Shown one piece after another: positions 46,813-47,704 of a DNA stretch of 47,704 bases. A model generated the notes under the pieces. It saw only the letters and a program-made list of their open reading frames with translations, had not been told where the DNA came from and ran no database searches. This DNA comes from a virus. Its lineage: Duplodnaviria > Caudoviricetes. Position 1 is the first letter of the stretch. Every line of letters starts with the position of its first letter. The position numbers were made by a program, and so were the translations under genes. The stretch lies in the IMG/VR virus record IMGVR_UViG_3300031965_000049, positions 1 to 47,704 of that record. The stretch is one strand, 5' to 3'.

Positions 46813-47001
46813 TTAAAGCTCTTTTGAAGCGTCAGTGTTTTGATTTTTAAAATGCTTTTTTAGCCAACTTTCGGCAAAGTCGATTAGCTCTTGATAAGCT
46901 TCGTTGTACTTATCGCCCTTGTAGTCAGAACGAACACTTTCCGTATTTCCAGAAAGTGCTGTTGAAACTTGTCGCCATTTGAAAATATCAGATGCTTTCA
47001 T
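46813..47001 (-). CDS. Small putative DNA-binding regulator (paralogue of 1074..1301)
   Basis: ORF 46813..47064; likely start MKASDIFKW at 47001. Confidence 0.6.
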   Translation of the reverse strand: MKASDIFKWRQVSTALSGNTESVRSDYKGDKYNEAYQELIDFAESWLKKHFKNQNTDASKEL

Positions 47002-47146
47002 CGCTATCTCTTTCTTCTGCTGAATAGTATCCATAATAATAGTGTCCAAATTCATCAACATCATTTTCCCAATTTTCGGGAACTGCTTTTAAGAATTGAT
47101 CTTTTGGAATTGGTTGCCCGTTGTAGAAGTAATTGTAAGTTTTCAT
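46988..47146 (-). CDS. 52-aa Tyr-rich hypothetical protein, below the ORF-track cutoff
   Basis: MKTYNYFYNGQPIPKDQFLKAVPENWENDVDEFGHYYYGYYSAEERDSDESI. Confidence 0.65.
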   Translation of the reverse strand: MKTYNYFYNGQPIPKDQFLKAVPENWENDVDEFGHYYYGYYSAEERDSDESI

Positions 47147-47167
47147 CTTGTTTTTATTTTAAGTTAA

Positions 47168-47467
47168 TTAAACCATTGCCATAAATGAAGTGCCGTCGTA
47201 TTTTGCTTTTAAAGCTTCTGTTTTTTTGTCGCTACCTGTTACTTTTGAATTGTTGAAGTAAACATTGCCAATCAAAAAAGGCAACATTGAAGCAGCTCTA
47301 TTTGCGCTTTTAATGTTTTGCATTTGCATACTTTTAAGAACTTGAACCATAAAGTCTTTTAATGAAATTCCGTTAAAAAATTTTTCGGTTGTAAGGTTGT
47401 TGTATTTACTGATAACTTGTTCTCTGTTTTCGCTTAACCAGGTTGTGAGTTCGAATGTTGCTTTCAT
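47168..47467 (-). CDS. Hypothetical protein
   Basis: 99-aa ORF after a promoter with operator repeats. Confidence 0.8.
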   Translation of the reverse strand: MKATFELTTWLSENREQVISKYNNLTTEKFFNGISLKDFMVQVLKSMQMQNIKSANRAASMLPFLIGNVYFNNSKVTGSDKKTEALKAKYDGTSFMAMV

Positions 47468-47489
47468 TTTCTTTTTTTTTGATTACTCT

Positions 47490-47553
47490 GTAAAGATACG
47501 TATTTACGTGCAATTGAATGTTAAGCGAATGTTAAGTTTTACGTATTTACGTA
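47490..47553 (-). promoter_or_regulatory. Promoter with two TACGTATTTACGT operators
   Basis: TATCTTTA box; repeats start at 47497 and 47540. Confidence 0.65.
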
Positions 47554-47604
47554 TAAATCGAAAAATAAACAAAGAAAACCGAAGCCATTGACTGTTATTT
47601 GTAG

Positions 47605-47704
47605 CCGTTATGCCCAATAGTGGTTTGAGCATTTACCATCATGTTTATCATTTCTTCTGCGTTTATTAAGCAATCGTTTTATTTTCTTCTTTAGCTTTCT
47701 ATTT
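47605..47704. repeat. 100-bp terminal direct repeat (copy 2)
   Basis: Identical to 27..126. Confidence 0.95.

Noticed and set aside
1-47704. Phage-encoded integrase, IntI or lysogeny module
   Set aside because: No ORF of suitable size shows tyrosine or serine recombinase catalytic motifs; a highly divergent one cannot be excluded without HMM searches.
1-47704. tRNA or rRNA genes
   Set aside because: No cloverleaf or rRNA-like segment recognised by eye; tRNAscan-SE would be needed to exclude them.

Overview
This window looks like an essentially complete ~47.6 kb tailed dsDNA phage genome, circular through an exact 100-bp overlap (27..126 = 47605..47704). The host is probably Bacteroidota, judged from TAnnTTTG-type -7 promoter boxes and AT-rich start regions. 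A minus-strand early/replication arm (42873..47704 joined to 1..16100) holds primase-helicase, SF2 helicase, Rad52-like annealase, YqaJ exonuclease, SSB, VRR-NUC and three DNA methyltransferases. A plus-strand late arm (16683..42646) holds terminase, portal, capsid, tail and lysis genes. Main finding: much of the early arm is built from integron-like gene cassettes. There are 12 attC-like hairpins, 3 remnants and one half-site. The R'' end of each hairpin usually matches the GTT-end at the start of its own cassette. Two arrays each begin at the same 35-bp attI-like site, and a third copy of that site appears empty. All cargo genes run antisense to the canonical integron orientation, several start inside the hairpin loop, and I see no integrase in the genome. 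The two contig ends place two different upstream arms on the same cassette at the GTT crossover. A decayed diversity-generating retroelement (VR, partly deleted TR, RT stub) sits on a tail-tip gene. All calls are by eye; no database searches were run.
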